A stretch of 60,775 nucleotides of DNA. Source: a bacterium. GTDB lineage: Bacteria; Blakebacterota; Blakebacteria; Blakebacterales; JAWOFN01. The notes beneath the pieces are model-generated. The model was not told the DNA's origin. It saw nothing but the letters and a program-made list of their open reading frames with translations, and made no database searches. The DNA lies in assembly GCA_046497505.1 (NCBI GenBank), contig JAWOFN010000125.1, positions 1 through 60,775 of the forward strand, given 5' to 3'. Of the stretch, positions 59,439-60,775 are shown piece after piece; position 1 is the stretch's first letter, and each line of letters starts with the position of its first letter. Both the position numbers and the translations under genes were made by a program.

Positions 59439-60323
59439 TCACGGTTCGGCGGACTCCGGGACCGGCTCCACGGCGCCCGACCGGGTGATTACCGCCACAC
59501 CCCCCAGGACCAGGAGCACCCCCGTCCCCTGGAGGAGGGAAAGGGACTCGCCGAAGATCAGGATCCCCCAGAGCAGCGTGGCGGCGGGCTGCATGAGCAG
59601 CATCACCGAGGTCTCGAGCGCCGGAAGCCGGGGGAGGGTTCGGGCGATGAGGAGCCAGCCCGCCGTCTGGGGAAGGAGAGCCAAAAGGAGCAGCCACCCG
59701 TGCTCGGGCCAGGCAGGCACCAGCGTGAATACCGGGTCGAAGCTCCCGTAGAGGAGGGCACCCGCTGCGGCACCCAGGGTGGCGTCCAGCAGGGGGCCCG
59801 CGGGAGGGGCCAGCCCCCGGTTCGAAGCCCGGAAGAAGACCAGGAAGATGGCGTACAGGGCCCCGGCCGCCGCACCCAGGAGAGCGCCCGGCACGGGGTC
59901 GGAGCCGTAGGCATCGGTCCTCCCCAGCCCGGAGATCAGGACCACCCCTGCCAGGACGGCGGGGATGGTGGCCAGGGCGGCGGCCGTGGGACGTTCCCGG
60001 TGGAGCAGCCAGGCCAGCACCCCCACCACCACCACCTGGATGTTGGCCAGCACCGTGGCCAGCCCCGCCCCGATGAGCCCGATGGAGCGGTGCCAGAGGG
60101 TGAGGTCGGTGGCGAGGATGAAGCCCGCGGCCGCTGCCATGAGATGCTGGGGCATGGTCCGACGGTCGGACGATCGCCCCGCCAGCCAGATCGCCGCCAG
60201 CACGGGGACCGCGTAGGCCATGCGGAAGAAGGCAGCGCCCGCGGGAGAGACATCCGCCAGGCGCACGAGGATGGCGGAGAAGGAGATGATGAGGATGCCC
60301 AGGAGGGCGAGGAGGTGGGTCAT
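59439..60323 (-). CDS. DMT-family (EamA) transporter
   Basis: 294 aa, 10 hydrophobic segments, duplicated EamA halves. Confidence 0.85.
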   Translation of the reverse strand: MTHLLALLGILIISFSAILVRLADVSPAGAAFFRMAYAVPVLAAIWLAGRSSDRRTMPQHLMAAAAGFILATDLTLWHRSIGLIGAGLATVLANIQVVVVGVLAWLLHRERPTAAALATIPAVLAGVVLISGLGRTDAYGSDPVPGALLGAAAGALYAIFLVFFRASNRGLAPPAGPLLDATLGAAAGALLYGSFDPVFTLVPAWPEHGWLLLLALLPQTAGWLLIARTLPRLPALETSVMLLMQPAATLLWGILIFGESLSLLQGTGVLLVLGGVAVITRSGAVEPVPESAEP

Positions 60324-60346
60324 GGCGGCCCGTGGTCCAGGGTGTC

Positions 60347-60775
60347 TCAGGGCGTGTAGTGTACGGTGAGGGCCGACATGACCTCCCTCTGATAGGTGCC
60401 TCCGACCGGCCGGTTCACCAGCGTCCCGTTCACCACGAGGGTGGAGGAACCCCCGCCGTCCAGGTTCACCGCCTCCACGCAGCCCAGGTCCCGCAGGATG
60501 AGGGCCAGCTCCCGCAGGTCCACTCCCCGGCTGGAGGGCTGGCGCCCGTCCACCACCAGCAGGATGAGGTCACCCTCCCCTGTGTATCCCGCCGCAGTCC
60601 TGGGGTGGACCTCGGGGATCGAACTCCCGAAGAAGACCTCTTCCTGGTCGCTGACCGCCGTCCTGCCCCCCTGCAGGAGCACCGGACCGGCGGAGAGGGC
60701 GTCCCGCACCGGCCAGGTGCTGCCGGTGCCGCGATCGGGCGGGTCCCCCGGCCGGCCGGGCCGGTTGGCCGGAGG
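60347..60775 (-). CDS. Phosphodiester glycosidase (DUF2233) family protein; C-terminal part only, 5' end beyond the window
   Basis: GPVLL.GG, RTAAGYT and AVNLDGGGSSTLV motifs. The frame stays open to the window end. Confidence 0.7.
   Translation of the reverse strand, partial: PPANRPGRPGDPPDRGTGSTWPVRDALSAGPVLLQGGRTAVSDQEEVFFGSSIPEVHPRTAAGYTGEGDLILLVVDGRQPSSRGVDLRELALILRDLGCVEAVNLDGGGSSTLVVNGTLVNRPVGGTYQREVMSALTVHYTP

Noticed and set aside
59234-59488. 84-aa plus-strand ORF in the spacer before the second EamA gene
   Set aside because: It has no SD or family signature, is Arg/Pro-rich and overlaps the EamA 3' end.

Overview
This 60.8-kb window is strongly GC-rich. It appears to come from a diderm bacterium, because it encodes lipobox lipoproteins and beta-barrel outer-membrane proteins (OMPs). 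It is mostly tightly packed housekeeping and central-metabolism genes. These include metH, citrate synthase, a lipoate/2-oxoacid dehydrogenase cluster (lipA, E1 alpha/beta, E2, E3, lipB) and a second E1 alpha/beta pair. They also include moeB-moaD-moaE with a PduO-type adenosyltransferase, icd, gdh, asnA, a CysK-like enzyme, abgT, sppA, an HD-GYP protein and several transporters and peptidases. I saw no rRNA, tRNA, CRISPR array, transposase or prophage. The only mobile-type element is a VapBC toxin-antitoxin pair in a lower-GC pocket.

The best candidate for an undescribed system is a four-gene operon at 32730-37486. It couples a NuoE/NuoF (HydC/HydB-like) NADH-flavin module and a small Fe-S subunit to a stand-alone glutamate-synthase FMN-domain protein. 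No other GOGAT parts are present.

Other notable points:
- The first ~253 nt are an AT-rich dnaE fragment joined abruptly to GC-rich DNA, which is probably a chimeric join.
- Several conserved genes are internally collapsed: the bkd-type E1 alpha and E1 beta, a class II photolyase and a cyclophilin. This could be real gene erosion or stripped assembly gaps.
- icd carries a CxxC-x9-CxxC insertion next to the phospho-serine loop.
- SppA has an N-terminal beta-barrel-like extension.
- One protein fuses a DAK2 domain to a DegV domain.
- GDH has an animal-type antenna.
- An orphan intrinsic terminator sits just upstream of the CysK-like gene.

All calls come from reading the translations and DNA by eye. 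Start codons are often uncertain, and no database search was run.
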